From positions 154,593-218,592 of the forward strand of contig JACPKY010000002.1 of NCBI GenBank assembly GCA_016186795.1: a stretch of 64,000 bases of DNA. Reading direction: 5' to 3'. The notes beneath the pieces are model-generated. The model worked only from the letters and a program-made list of their open reading frames with translations. It was not told the DNA's origin and did not search any database. Shown one piece after another: positions 55,939 through 64,000 of the stretch. The stretch is from Candidatus Gottesmanbacteria bacterium (GTDB lineage: Bacteria; Patescibacteriota; Microgenomatia; 2-02-FULL-39-11). The stretch's first letter is position 1. Every line of letters begins with the position of its first letter. Made by a program: the position numbers and the translations under genes.

Positions 55939-57657
55939 TCAATATTCCTCAAGGGTTGAAGTATCACCGATAGGCATTCCCATTTCTTTTGCCTTCAAAA
56001 TTCTGCGCATGATTTTACCACTTCGCGTCTTTGGAAGCTTATCGATAAACTCGATTTCCCGAGGATACGCATGACCGGCAAGATGCTTTTTGACATGTTG
56101 AGAAAGTTCTTCTTTTAAAAGATCAGAAGGGGTGACGTTTGGTTTGAGAACAATAAACGCTTTAATAATTTCTCCACGAACTTCATCGGGCTTCCCGATT
56201 ACTCCTGCTTCAACGACAGCAGGGTGTTCAACGAGTGCTGATTCAACTTCAAATGGCCCCACTCGTTCACCAGATGTTTTAATAACATCATCAGCCCTTC
56301 CAACAAACCAAAAGTAACCATCAGCATCTTTCCAGCCACGATCACCTGAAATATACCAGCCATTCACAAAATATGATTTATATTTTTCCTCATTGTTCCA
56401 AATTGTCTGCATCATTGAAGGCCAACCAGGAATAAGCGCTATATTCCCCTCGGTTCCTGTTGGAAGTGGATTTCCATTGTCATCAACAATTTCGGCATCA
56501 ATTCCCAAAAAAGGCCTTCCCATAGAGCCTATTTTTATGTCAGTGCAGGGAAAATTTACAAGTACCATACACCCTGTTTCTGTTTGCCACCATGTGTCGT
56601 GGAATGGGAGTCCAAACGCCTTCAATCCCCACCGTATTGCTTCTGGATTTAGAGGTTCCCCAACAGAAAGAATATGTCGTAAATTGGATAGTGAGAAGCG
56701 TTTGACAACTTCTTCACCTTTTGCCATAAGCATGCGTATTGCAGTCGGTGCTGTGTACCAGATACTCACTTTATAATCCTGAAGGATCTGATACCACTTT
56801 TCGGTATCAAATCGTCCGGAATAAACTACTTGCGTTGCACCACTACTCCAACTGCCGAGTATTTCATATGATATTCCCGTTACCCAACCAGGATCGGCAG
56901 TACACCAGTAAATATCATCTTTGTGAATATCCAAAACAAACTTAGCTGTTAAATGTTGGGAGAGTATTGCGTAGTGCTTGTGAACCACTCCTTTCGGTTT
57001 TCCTGTTGTACCAGATGTGTAGAGCATGAAAGCATAGTCATCTTTTTCCATGTGCTCTATTTCAAGTGAGTTTTCCTGCGATGTGAGTTGGGCGCTAAAA
57101 TTTGGATCATCAACGACCAACACATCGGAAAGATTTGGGAGTTTACCGCGAATTTTCTCTATTCGCGTCGACAAATCTTTATTTGTTACTAAAATTTTCG
57201 CTCCACTATTTTCCAGCCGATCAAAGAGAGCTTGTTCCTGGAATGCAGAAAAGAGTGTTCCTGCAATTGCTCCAATTTTTAAAGTTCCCAAAAATGAGAT
57301 ATACAATAGGGGAACGCGAGGAAGGAAGATAAATACCCGATCGCCCCTGCGCACGCCTTTTTTTTTCAACAAATTTCCAAATTGGTTCGAGCGATGTGCG
57401 ATGTCTCGGTAGGTAAATATTTCTTTTTCGCCGTTATCGCCTTCCCAATAAAGGGCAACCTTACTTGCAAGATCGGTATTCAAATGACGATCAACAGCAA
57501 TATAGGCGGCATTTAACTTTCCATCAGGGAAAAACGCTATTTCTTTGTCTGCTACATCATCCCAAGAAAAGCTTTTTCGAGTGTCTTCGTAGTTATTTAG
57601 GTTTGGGGCAGTACGGAAAGTAGATGGGTCTTTATGGAAGATTTGAGGTGCTTCCAT
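55939..57657 (-). CDS. acsA: Acetate--CoA ligase (AMP-forming)
   Basis: YTSGTTGKPKG, TADPGW, SVGEPL, DTWWQTE, LPKTRSGKIMRR. Confidence 0.95.
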   Translation of the reverse strand: MEAPQIFHKDPSTFRTAPNLNNYEDTRKSFSWDDVADKEIAFFPDGKLNAAYIAVDRHLNTDLASKVALYWEGDNGEKEIFTYRDIAHRSNQFGNLLKKKGVRRGDRVFIFLPRVPLLYISFLGTLKIGAIAGTLFSAFQEQALFDRLENSGAKILVTNKDLSTRIEKIRGKLPNLSDVLVVDDPNFSAQLTSQENSLEIEHMEKDDYAFMLYTSGTTGKPKGVVHKHYAILSQHLTAKFVLDIHKDDIYWCTADPGWVTGISYEILGSWSSGATQVVYSGRFDTEKWYQILQDYKVSIWYTAPTAIRMLMAKGEEVVKRFSLSNLRHILSVGEPLNPEAIRWGLKAFGLPFHDTWWQTETGCMVLVNFPCTDIKIGSMGRPFLGIDAEIVDDNGNPLPTGTEGNIALIPGWPSMMQTIWNNEEKYKSYFVNGWYISGDRGWKDADGYFWFVGRADDVIKTSGERVGPFEVESALVEHPAVVEAGVIGKPDEVRGEIIKAFIVLKPNVTPSDLLKEELSQHVKKHLAGHAYPREIEFIDKLPKTRSGKIMRRILKAKEMGMPIGDTSTLEEY

Positions 57658-57660
57658 ATG

Positions 57661-58767
57661 TCACGATTTTTTCCTCAGCGAAAATTTCTTGTCAAGCTGG
57701 GCAATTCTTTCAACGACCCCTGTATATTCCAATTCTTCCATCGGAGCCATCGCTGCACCAAAAAAACCCTGTTCTCGAATAGCATATGTTTTTTCTGAAG
57801 CTTTCATCCGAATCATATCCCAGAATGGTTGCTCAAAAAGATCAATTGCCTCGGTAAACTTCCCGTTATGAACACAAATACCGGCAGCAGTTACAATTGC
57901 GGGTCCATCAAAAAATGAGATCATTGCTCCTAATTTGCATGGCATAAGTGCGACAACATGACTTCCTCGATTATCGCCTACGACATAGTGAGCAGTGGCA
58001 TAGGGTGACAGAATTTCTCCCGTTGAAGGAAATTGTTTCTGGCTCCGAACCAACGCGACTGGATCGTCTTTCCCCGTATACTTACCCGCGATATTATGGA
58101 GTCGCGAAGTTGAAACTGCCGCTGCTTGCTCGCCGGTATCGCGGCTTTTGATTGATTCGATAACATAATGTTCTGGATCCCTCAGAAGGACTGCTAAATC
58201 ATAGGCTTCCTCTGGTACATTGAGTTTTATAATTCTATCGCCCTCAGTATAATTTACATCCATTACCGTAAACTCAAACCCCTTCGCAATATCGCTCGAT
58301 AGAAGAAGCCCGGCATTATGAAATGGATCAGCAAATCCTCGATAGAGGGGATAGTTAAACGCTCCTGGATCGGTTTTGTCTGCTGCAAAAAGAATAAAGG
58401 GTTCCGCAGGTCTTTCTTCAAATTCCATCTCGCACGATCCTGGCCCCATACCTCTGACATTTCCTGAAAATGCATCTTTAAGAAGATCCTGACCAGCGCC
58501 GTAAAGACCCTGCTCTTTGGCAACAGCTGTTCCGGCAACAAATGCATCCCACGCTAGTTTATGGATATCTTGGCTATCAACTCCCTGTGTGTGCGTCATA
58601 AGAATCGCGGTATCATCGCCTGTGTGAAAGATTTTATAATCAATAAGGAGTCTTTTTCCTTCCGTTTTGACATGATTCTCAATGGCGATAACGAGTTCTT
58701 TACTTGGAGTTTCATGTCCCCCAACTGAACCAACATCAGCTTTAATGACAGAGAGTGTAATTTTCAT
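57661..58767 (-). CDS. fbp: Bifunctional fructose-1,6-bisphosphate aldolase/phosphatase (FBPase class V)
   Basis: SVIKADVG..GGH, GLYGAGQDLLKDAFSGNVRGMGPG, DKT.PGAFN, YTGKDDP. Confidence 0.95.
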   Translation of the reverse strand: MKITLSVIKADVGSVGGHETPSKELVIAIENHVKTEGKRLLIDYKIFHTGDDTAILMTHTQGVDSQDIHKLAWDAFVAGTAVAKEQGLYGAGQDLLKDAFSGNVRGMGPGSCEMEFEERPAEPFILFAADKTDPGAFNYPLYRGFADPFHNAGLLLSSDIAKGFEFTVMDVNYTEGDRIIKLNVPEEAYDLAVLLRDPEHYVIESIKSRDTGEQAAAVSTSRLHNIAGKYTGKDDPVALVRSQKQFPSTGEILSPYATAHYVVGDNRGSHVVALMPCKLGAMISFFDGPAIVTAAGICVHNGKFTEAIDLFEQPFWDMIRMKASEKTYAIREQGFFGAAMAPMEELEYTGVVERIAQLDKKFSLRKKS

Positions 58768-58822
58768 AATAGATCTCCTTTCATTTTAGTGTAAATGAAA
58801 GTCAAGGAAATTGCTAGTAACG

Positions 58823-60064
58823 TTATTTCTGTAACTTTGTATATATATGGAAAAGGCGATTATACTTCGCAACTCTTTCTCCTCGCGCGGGAGCTCCAAA
58901 CTTCACAAAATCTGCTCCGGTCCCAACGGCCAAATCCGCTATAAAATCATCGGTGGTTTCACCAGACCTGTGAGAAATGATAACTCGAAATCCTGCTTGT
59001 TTTGCAATTCGAATAACCTCATACGTCTCAGTGAGAGTACCAACTTGATTCACCTTCACAAGTATTGCGGTGCAACTACGCGACTGTATTGCCTTTTCTA
59101 ATCGCTCTTTATTTGTCACTAGCAAATCATCTCCAACAATCATACAGGAGTTTCCAACCCTTTGGGTAAGTTTTGCCCAATCAGTCCATGCATCTTCCGC
59201 TAGTCCATCTTCGAGAGATACGATATGAAACTCTTTTATTATTTTTTCAAGATATTGGATATACAAAGATGCATCTGAAGAATCTTTGAAATCGATGAGT
59301 TTATACCGACCTTGTTTAAAATATGTTGTCGCAGCACAGTCAAGACCGATATGAAAGGAGTTTTGGTAGGGGGCGATACTTGAAGAAAGAAACTTAAGAA
59401 CTTCATTGTTTGTATAAAATTGCGGAGTAAATCCGCCTTCATCTCCAACTGATGTCATTTTCCTGTTCTCATGAAGCTTTTTCTTAATTGAATGATATAA
59501 CTCCACACCCATCTGCAGTTTTTGCATAAAAGGCAATGTGTAATGGGGAATAATGAGGAATTCTTGCATGTCAATTGTACCACTTCCATGGAGTCCGCCG
59601 TTGATTACGTTAAACATTGGCGTGACGTTTGAACTTTTCGGGTCAAATCGAAACTCGGAAGCAATATGCACATAGAGTGGAATGCCGCCTTCTTGTGCAC
59701 TGAGTCTTGCGTACGATAATGAAATCCCCAATATACTATTTGCACCTAGTACTCCTTTATTCCTCGTTCCGTCAAGAGAAATAAGAAGGTCGTCAAGCCC
59801 CTTCTGATTTCCCAATTCAAACCCAATAAGTTTCGGTTTTATAATAGTTTCAATAAGTTGAATCGCCTTTAAAACTCCTAAACCTCCAAAACGCATTTCA
59901 TCGCCATCTCGAATTTCGAGCGCTTCATGACTTCCTTTTGAAGCTCCTGATGGAACAGATGCACGGGCACTTATTCCAGAACTTGAGGTCATTTCAACTT
60001 CAATAGTCGGATTTCCTCGGCTATCAAGGATTTCAAAGGGTGTAATATCAGCAATTTTAGACAT
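58823..60064 (-). CDS. eno: Enolase
   Basis: ILDSRGNPT, VPSGAS, GDEGGF, VGDDL, SHRSGET, ERVAKYNRL. Confidence 0.98.
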   Translation of the reverse strand: MSKIADITPFEILDSRGNPTIEVEMTSSSGISARASVPSGASKGSHEALEIRDGDEMRFGGLGVLKAIQLIETIIKPKLIGFELGNQKGLDDLLISLDGTRNKGVLGANSILGISLSYARLSAQEGGIPLYVHIASEFRFDPKSSNVTPMFNVINGGLHGSGTIDMQEFLIIPHYTLPFMQKLQMGVELYHSIKKKLHENRKMTSVGDEGGFTPQFYTNNEVLKFLSSSIAPYQNSFHIGLDCAATTYFKQGRYKLIDFKDSSDASLYIQYLEKIIKEFHIVSLEDGLAEDAWTDWAKLTQRVGNSCMIVGDDLLVTNKERLEKAIQSRSCTAILVKVNQVGTLTETYEVIRIAKQAGFRVIISHRSGETTDDFIADLAVGTGADFVKFGAPARGERVAKYNRLFHIYTKLQK

Positions 60065-60077
60065 AGAGAAACAGTGT

Positions 60078-62402
60078 TTAATTCTTTCTTTTTCTCACTA
60101 ATTTGCTTTCCACATCAGAAATTGTTTCGCGCACACGGTTTACGGCATCACTATTCACTGACATTGACGTTACTCCCCAAGAGACAAGCTTCTCTACCAG
60201 TTCTGGATAATCAGATGGCGCTTGGCCACAAATTGAACTTGTGACACCGTATTTGAGGCAGGTTTTTATAACCCGTTCTATCGCCCACAACACTGCAGGG
60301 TTTTGCTCGTTAAACTCGGGAGCTACCTCGGTGTTATCACGGTCGGTTCCCAAAATGAGCATTGTCAGATCATTTGATCCAATCGATACTCCATCGATTC
60401 CTGCTTCACAGAATTTATCAAGAAGAATTACATTCGATGGTATTTCAACCATCATCCATAACTTAAAAGATGAGGAACGTGAAAGTCCGTTTGCAGCAAT
60501 AATCTTTTTTACATTGATAAGATCTTCAACCGTTCGAACAAATGGAAGCATAAGCCATAAATTCCGCAACCCGTACTTGTTGCGGACCTTTTTTATAGCC
60601 TCAAGTTCAAGTTCAAAAACCTTCGGGTCAGCGATGTAGCGGTACGCACCCCGATACCCGAGCATCGGATTTGGCTCTTCCGGTTCGAACTCCTTGCCGC
60701 CAATGAGGTTTCGGTATTCATTTGTTTTGAAATCTGTTGCGCGGTATACAACCGGCCTAGGATGAAATGCTTTACAAAACTTCACTAGATCACCCGCAAG
60801 TTTATTGATAAAAATACCTTCTTTGTGTTCTTTTATGAGCTTTTTGGGGTGAGTACCAATATCGGCAATCATAAATTCGGCTCGGAGAAGGCCAATTCCA
60901 TCGACATTCATTTTCGCAACCTCTTCTACCCGTGTGGGGGTTGCCAAATTGACGTACACTTTTGTTGCTGTTTTCAGGGTTGAGCCTCGAGTTGATGCGG
61001 TCGATGCCAGAATTTTGTTTTTTTCTGCTTGAGTTAACGCTCCTTTGTATACAGTACCTTTCGTACCATGAACAGTCACAACAGTACCGGTTGGAATAAG
61101 TTTCGTTGCTTTCAAAGCTCCAACAACTGCAGGAATTCCAAGTTCGCGACTGACAATTGCGGCATGTGATGTTCGTCCTCCCCGTTCTGTGACGATAGCA
61201 ACTGCTCGTTTCATTGCCGGAACAAAATCCGGATTTGTTTGTTCGGTAACAAGTACATCTCCTTCCTTAACTCGGTCAATTTGAGACGCATGGTAGATTA
61301 CCTTTGCAGGTCCCCAAGTAATTCCCGGAGAAGCAGGGTCTCCAGAAATAAGTACAGGAAGGGTAATTTTCGTTTCGTTCTCGGAGGGTTTTTTTGCAGA
61401 TTTCTTGATAGTCGTTATTGGGCGAGTCTGAACAATATAGATTTCGCCACCTTCAAGCGCCCACTCAATGTCTTGGGGAAAAAAATAATGCTTTTCCAAA
61501 AGTTTTCCAATTTTTGCTACTTTCAAAACATCAGCATCCGAGATTTTCTGTCGTTGACCATCTTTTTCTTTTACGGCAATAATTTTGTTTTTTCCGTTAA
61601 CTTGCATCATTGCCTTTCCCTGGGGTGAAATTTTCTTATTGAGAAGCTGGAGCTTCTTTTTTTCTACTTCAAAATGGTCAGGAGTGACTTCGCCTTGAAC
61701 GATCAATTCTCCGAGACCAAGTATTGCTTCAATCACGATACAATTTTTATCGTTGCTGATTGGATCAATGGTAAACATAACACCAGATACTTGGGAAGAA
61801 ACCATAAGTTGAACAGGTACTGCAATTCCCACTTTCATATGGTCAAAATGCTGTTCCTCCCGATAAAAAATTGCTCTGGGGGTGAAAAGCGACGCCCAGG
61901 CTTCTTGAACTTTCTTTACAACATTTGCCTCACCTGAGACATTAAGAAATGTTGCTTGTTGCCCGGCAAATGATGCATTGGGTAAATCCTCAGCAGTTGC
62001 TGATGATCGGACAGCTACATACGGATTTTGGAGGGATGTAAATAGTTTCGATCGAATAGATTCTCCTTTTGACTTGCGGGATAAATCTGCATACGATGTC
62101 ATAATCTCGCGTGCGATATCCCTTGGCATGTGCGCAGCTGAAATTATTTTCTGGATTTTAGAAGCAACCTGCGATAGATTTTTCGGGTCTTTATGATTTA
62201 AAAGTTTGAGAACATCTCGGATTTTTCGTTCAATCCCCGTATCATCAAGAAACGCTTGATAAGCGGCGGACGTAACCACAAAACCGAATGGCACTGGAAT
62301 TTTTGCATTCCACATTTCACCTAAATTCGCTCCCTTTCCCCCGACAAGCGCTACATCATCTTTGCTGATTTCGTTAAACCACGCAATATACTTTTTTTTC
62401 AT
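60078..62402 (-). CDS. ppsA: Phosphoenolpyruvate synthase
   Basis: VGGKGANLGE, VRSSATAED...SFAGQ, TSHAAIVSRE, NPMLGYRG, SIGSNDL, CGQAPS. Confidence 0.97.
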   Translation of the reverse strand: MKKKYIAWFNEISKDDVALVGGKGANLGEMWNAKIPVPFGFVVTSAAYQAFLDDTGIERKIRDVLKLLNHKDPKNLSQVASKIQKIISAAHMPRDIAREIMTSYADLSRKSKGESIRSKLFTSLQNPYVAVRSSATAEDLPNASFAGQQATFLNVSGEANVVKKVQEAWASLFTPRAIFYREEQHFDHMKVGIAVPVQLMVSSQVSGVMFTIDPISNDKNCIVIEAILGLGELIVQGEVTPDHFEVEKKKLQLLNKKISPQGKAMMQVNGKNKIIAVKEKDGQRQKISDADVLKVAKIGKLLEKHYFFPQDIEWALEGGEIYIVQTRPITTIKKSAKKPSENETKITLPVLISGDPASPGITWGPAKVIYHASQIDRVKEGDVLVTEQTNPDFVPAMKRAVAIVTERGGRTSHAAIVSRELGIPAVVGALKATKLIPTGTVVTVHGTKGTVYKGALTQAEKNKILASTASTRGSTLKTATKVYVNLATPTRVEEVAKMNVDGIGLLRAEFMIADIGTHPKKLIKEHKEGIFINKLAGDLVKFCKAFHPRPVVYRATDFKTNEYRNLIGGKEFEPEEPNPMLGYRGAYRYIADPKVFELELEAIKKVRNKYGLRNLWLMLPFVRTVEDLINVKKIIAANGLSRSSSFKLWMMVEIPSNVILLDKFCEAGIDGVSIGSNDLTMLILGTDRDNTEVAPEFNEQNPAVLWAIERVIKTCLKYGVTSSICGQAPSDYPELVEKLVSWGVTSMSVNSDAVNRVRETISDVESKLVRKRKN

Positions 62403-62446
62403 ATGTAAGCGTTTCCTCCCTTAATTAATTTCGTTCTATATGCCCA

Positions 62447-63523
62447 TCAGTTTCGTAACGTATTTTTGAAGTAGTCAACCCAAGGAATTTGAGCGGGATC
62501 AACACCATGAAGCATGGCAAGGTAAAAGGTGATATAACTTCCAAGTTGTATAACTTCAAAAACCTGTGAAAGCGGCGTATCGAGCTTTGCAGTATACTCA
62601 ATAATTTCAATTTCCTGTTTCTTGATAACATCCTTTGTCAGACGCATGCGGACGTCAATTTCTTTTGAATACAGGCCGGAATTGAGTACAAAAAAAAGAA
62701 GCGTTTGAGGATTTGTTTGTGGGAATTTCAAACCTTCCATCAGATGGTGATTGAGCTCTGGAACAAGGTAGTAATTGGCAAAATGCTTACCGGTTTCATG
62801 GAAAGGATTGCGGATTGCATGGATAGCACCGGAAAGAAACTCACCACCGATGATGTTTACAATCTTTTTACTTAACATTTCCGCATACTGTTTTCCTTTA
62901 TTTTCCGCAACAGGTACTTTTTTTTCATATTCTTTTTGGAGCGAAAGAAGATTGTCAATCAGTTTTTTGATTTCCTGATCATCAACGGAAAGATATCCAA
63001 GTGTAGAAAGGAGAGCAATTTGACCAATCTGCATGTATCCTTGACCCAAGCGAGGTTGCATAGAGGGGTTGTAATCCTGAGAGAACGAATAAAACGGCTT
63101 CATATAAATCTTCATAAGCTCTTCGAGTTTCCCACCTGAGCTAATTCCTATTATTTTCGGCTCAAAGGGGAGCCGAAATGCTTCCTCCGCGCACGAAATT
63201 GTCTCTTGGGTATTTCCTGAGTAACTGGCGAAGATAAGAAGTGTATTTGGGTTGACATGAGCTGGTAGATGATAGTCACTGACGATATCAAGAGGAATCT
63301 TAAGGGATTTATGGTAAAGATTTTTTATGATGTGCGCACCATATGCTGATCCACCCATTCCACAAAAAACGATCGATGTTGCGTCTCGGTATGTGTCAGG
63401 TAAATCAAGTTTTTTAATATCATTCCAGGCTGTTTGGCACTGTTGTGGGAGAAAGTGAATAGAATCGTAGGAATGTCCCTGGTCGTAAATTGAGTAAATT
63501 TTAAGGTCATTCAACTGGTCCAT
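62447..63523 (-). CDS. Bifunctional phosphoglucose/phosphomannose isomerase (SIS domain)
   Basis: GMGGS, SYSGNT.ET, QPR, ETGK, PELNHH. Confidence 0.9.
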   Translation of the reverse strand: MDQLNDLKIYSIYDQGHSYDSIHFLPQQCQTAWNDIKKLDLPDTYRDATSIVFCGMGGSAYGAHIIKNLYHKSLKIPLDIVSDYHLPAHVNPNTLLIFASYSGNTQETISCAEEAFRLPFEPKIIGISSGGKLEELMKIYMKPFYSFSQDYNPSMQPRLGQGYMQIGQIALLSTLGYLSVDDQEIKKLIDNLLSLQKEYEKKVPVAENKGKQYAEMLSKKIVNIIGGEFLSGAIHAIRNPFHETGKHFANYYLVPELNHHLMEGLKFPQTNPQTLLFFVLNSGLYSKEIDVRMRLTKDVIKKQEIEIIEYTAKLDTPLSQVFEVIQLGSYITFYLAMLHGVDPAQIPWVDYFKNTLRN

Positions 63524-63531
63524 AATAACTC

Positions 63532-64000
63532 CTATACTTTACTTCCTCCAAAAGACTTAATCAATTCCTCAATTTTATTCATTTGTACTCGGAGAATATC
63601 TTTAGTGTTGGCTTCGAGGTTTACTCGAAGATATGGCTCCGTTTTTGATACCCGCATATTTACCCACCAATTCGGATACCAGAGGGACAGCCCATCAAGG
63701 TGGTCAGTTTTTCCATCATGGAATATTTTTTCGAGTCTTTCCAGAATTGACGTGGCTTCGGTTGTACGAAAATTTACTTCACCACTTTGAAAATAGATTT
63801 GAGTCTCAGATACAATACTTGAGAGCTTTTTCTCACCTTCGGATAGAAACTGTAAAAAGGCAAGACCGGCAATGGTAGAACTATCAGCATAATAATTTTC
63901 CCGGAAATAAAAATGTCCGGAATGTTCCCCCGCAAAGAGAGCATTTTCTTTTTTCATATATTCTTTGATAAATGAATGGCCCACACGAACTCGAATTGGA
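63532..64000 (-). CDS. Phosphomannomutase/phosphoglucomutase, C-terminal part (gene starts beyond the window)
   Basis: GEHSGHFYF, DGL, R.S.TEP.LR.N.EA. Confidence 0.92.
   Translation of the reverse strand, partial: PIRVRVGHSFIKEYMKKENALFAGEHSGHFYFRENYYADSSTIAGLAFLQFLSEGEKKLSSIVSETQIYFQSGEVNFRTTEATSILERLEKIFHDGKTDHLDGLSLWYPNWWVNMRVSKTEPYLRVNLEANTKDILRVQMNKIEELIKSFGGSKV

Noticed and set aside
156..63878. Numerous antisense and overlapping ORFs of 60-200 aa in the track
   Set aside because: They shadow well-identified genes and have no motifs of their own
1..64000. CRISPR array, rRNA, integrase or transposase, alternative genetic code
   Set aside because: No regularly spaced repeats, rRNA signatures or recombinase motifs were seen; TGA, TAG and TAA all end conserved genes at expected positions

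Overview
Bacterial chromosome segment, most likely Patescibacteria/CPR (Microgenomates-like). This is inferred from the short trigger factor and PheT, the GT-C glycosyltransferases, scattered single tRNA genes, leaderless-type starts and GC-rich palindromes. In order it carries: a class A PBP; thrS-infC-rpmI-rplT followed by a complete shikimate-to-Phe operon and pheST; tig/nth; efp-epmA-alr; a two-gene island; lepA; thyA-folA; secG-yvcK-uvrCAB/lexA; and a gluconeogenesis cluster (ppsA, eno, FBP aldolase/phosphatase, acs, gpmA, gap, pgk, PGI/PMI, PMM). There are 15 intact tRNA genes. The strongest hidden signals are non-coding. (1) An unannotated Trp/Tyr/Phe-rich leader peptide (MIEKSQNWYFAFYFTPACGEGFLW) with a terminator and antiterminator precedes the aro operon. 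(2) A T-box-like leader with an ultrashort Stem I and an ACC (Thr) specifier precedes thrS. (3) A complete tRNA-Lys(CTT) is nested inside the anticodon loop of a second tRNA body, and tRNA-Phe has a similar nested arrangement. (4) A duplicated leader+tRNA-Gly unit shows an anticodon switch. (5) Recurring palindromes occupy hairpin positions in these RNAs, and one lies in frame in rsmI. All RNA structures were read by eye, not computed.
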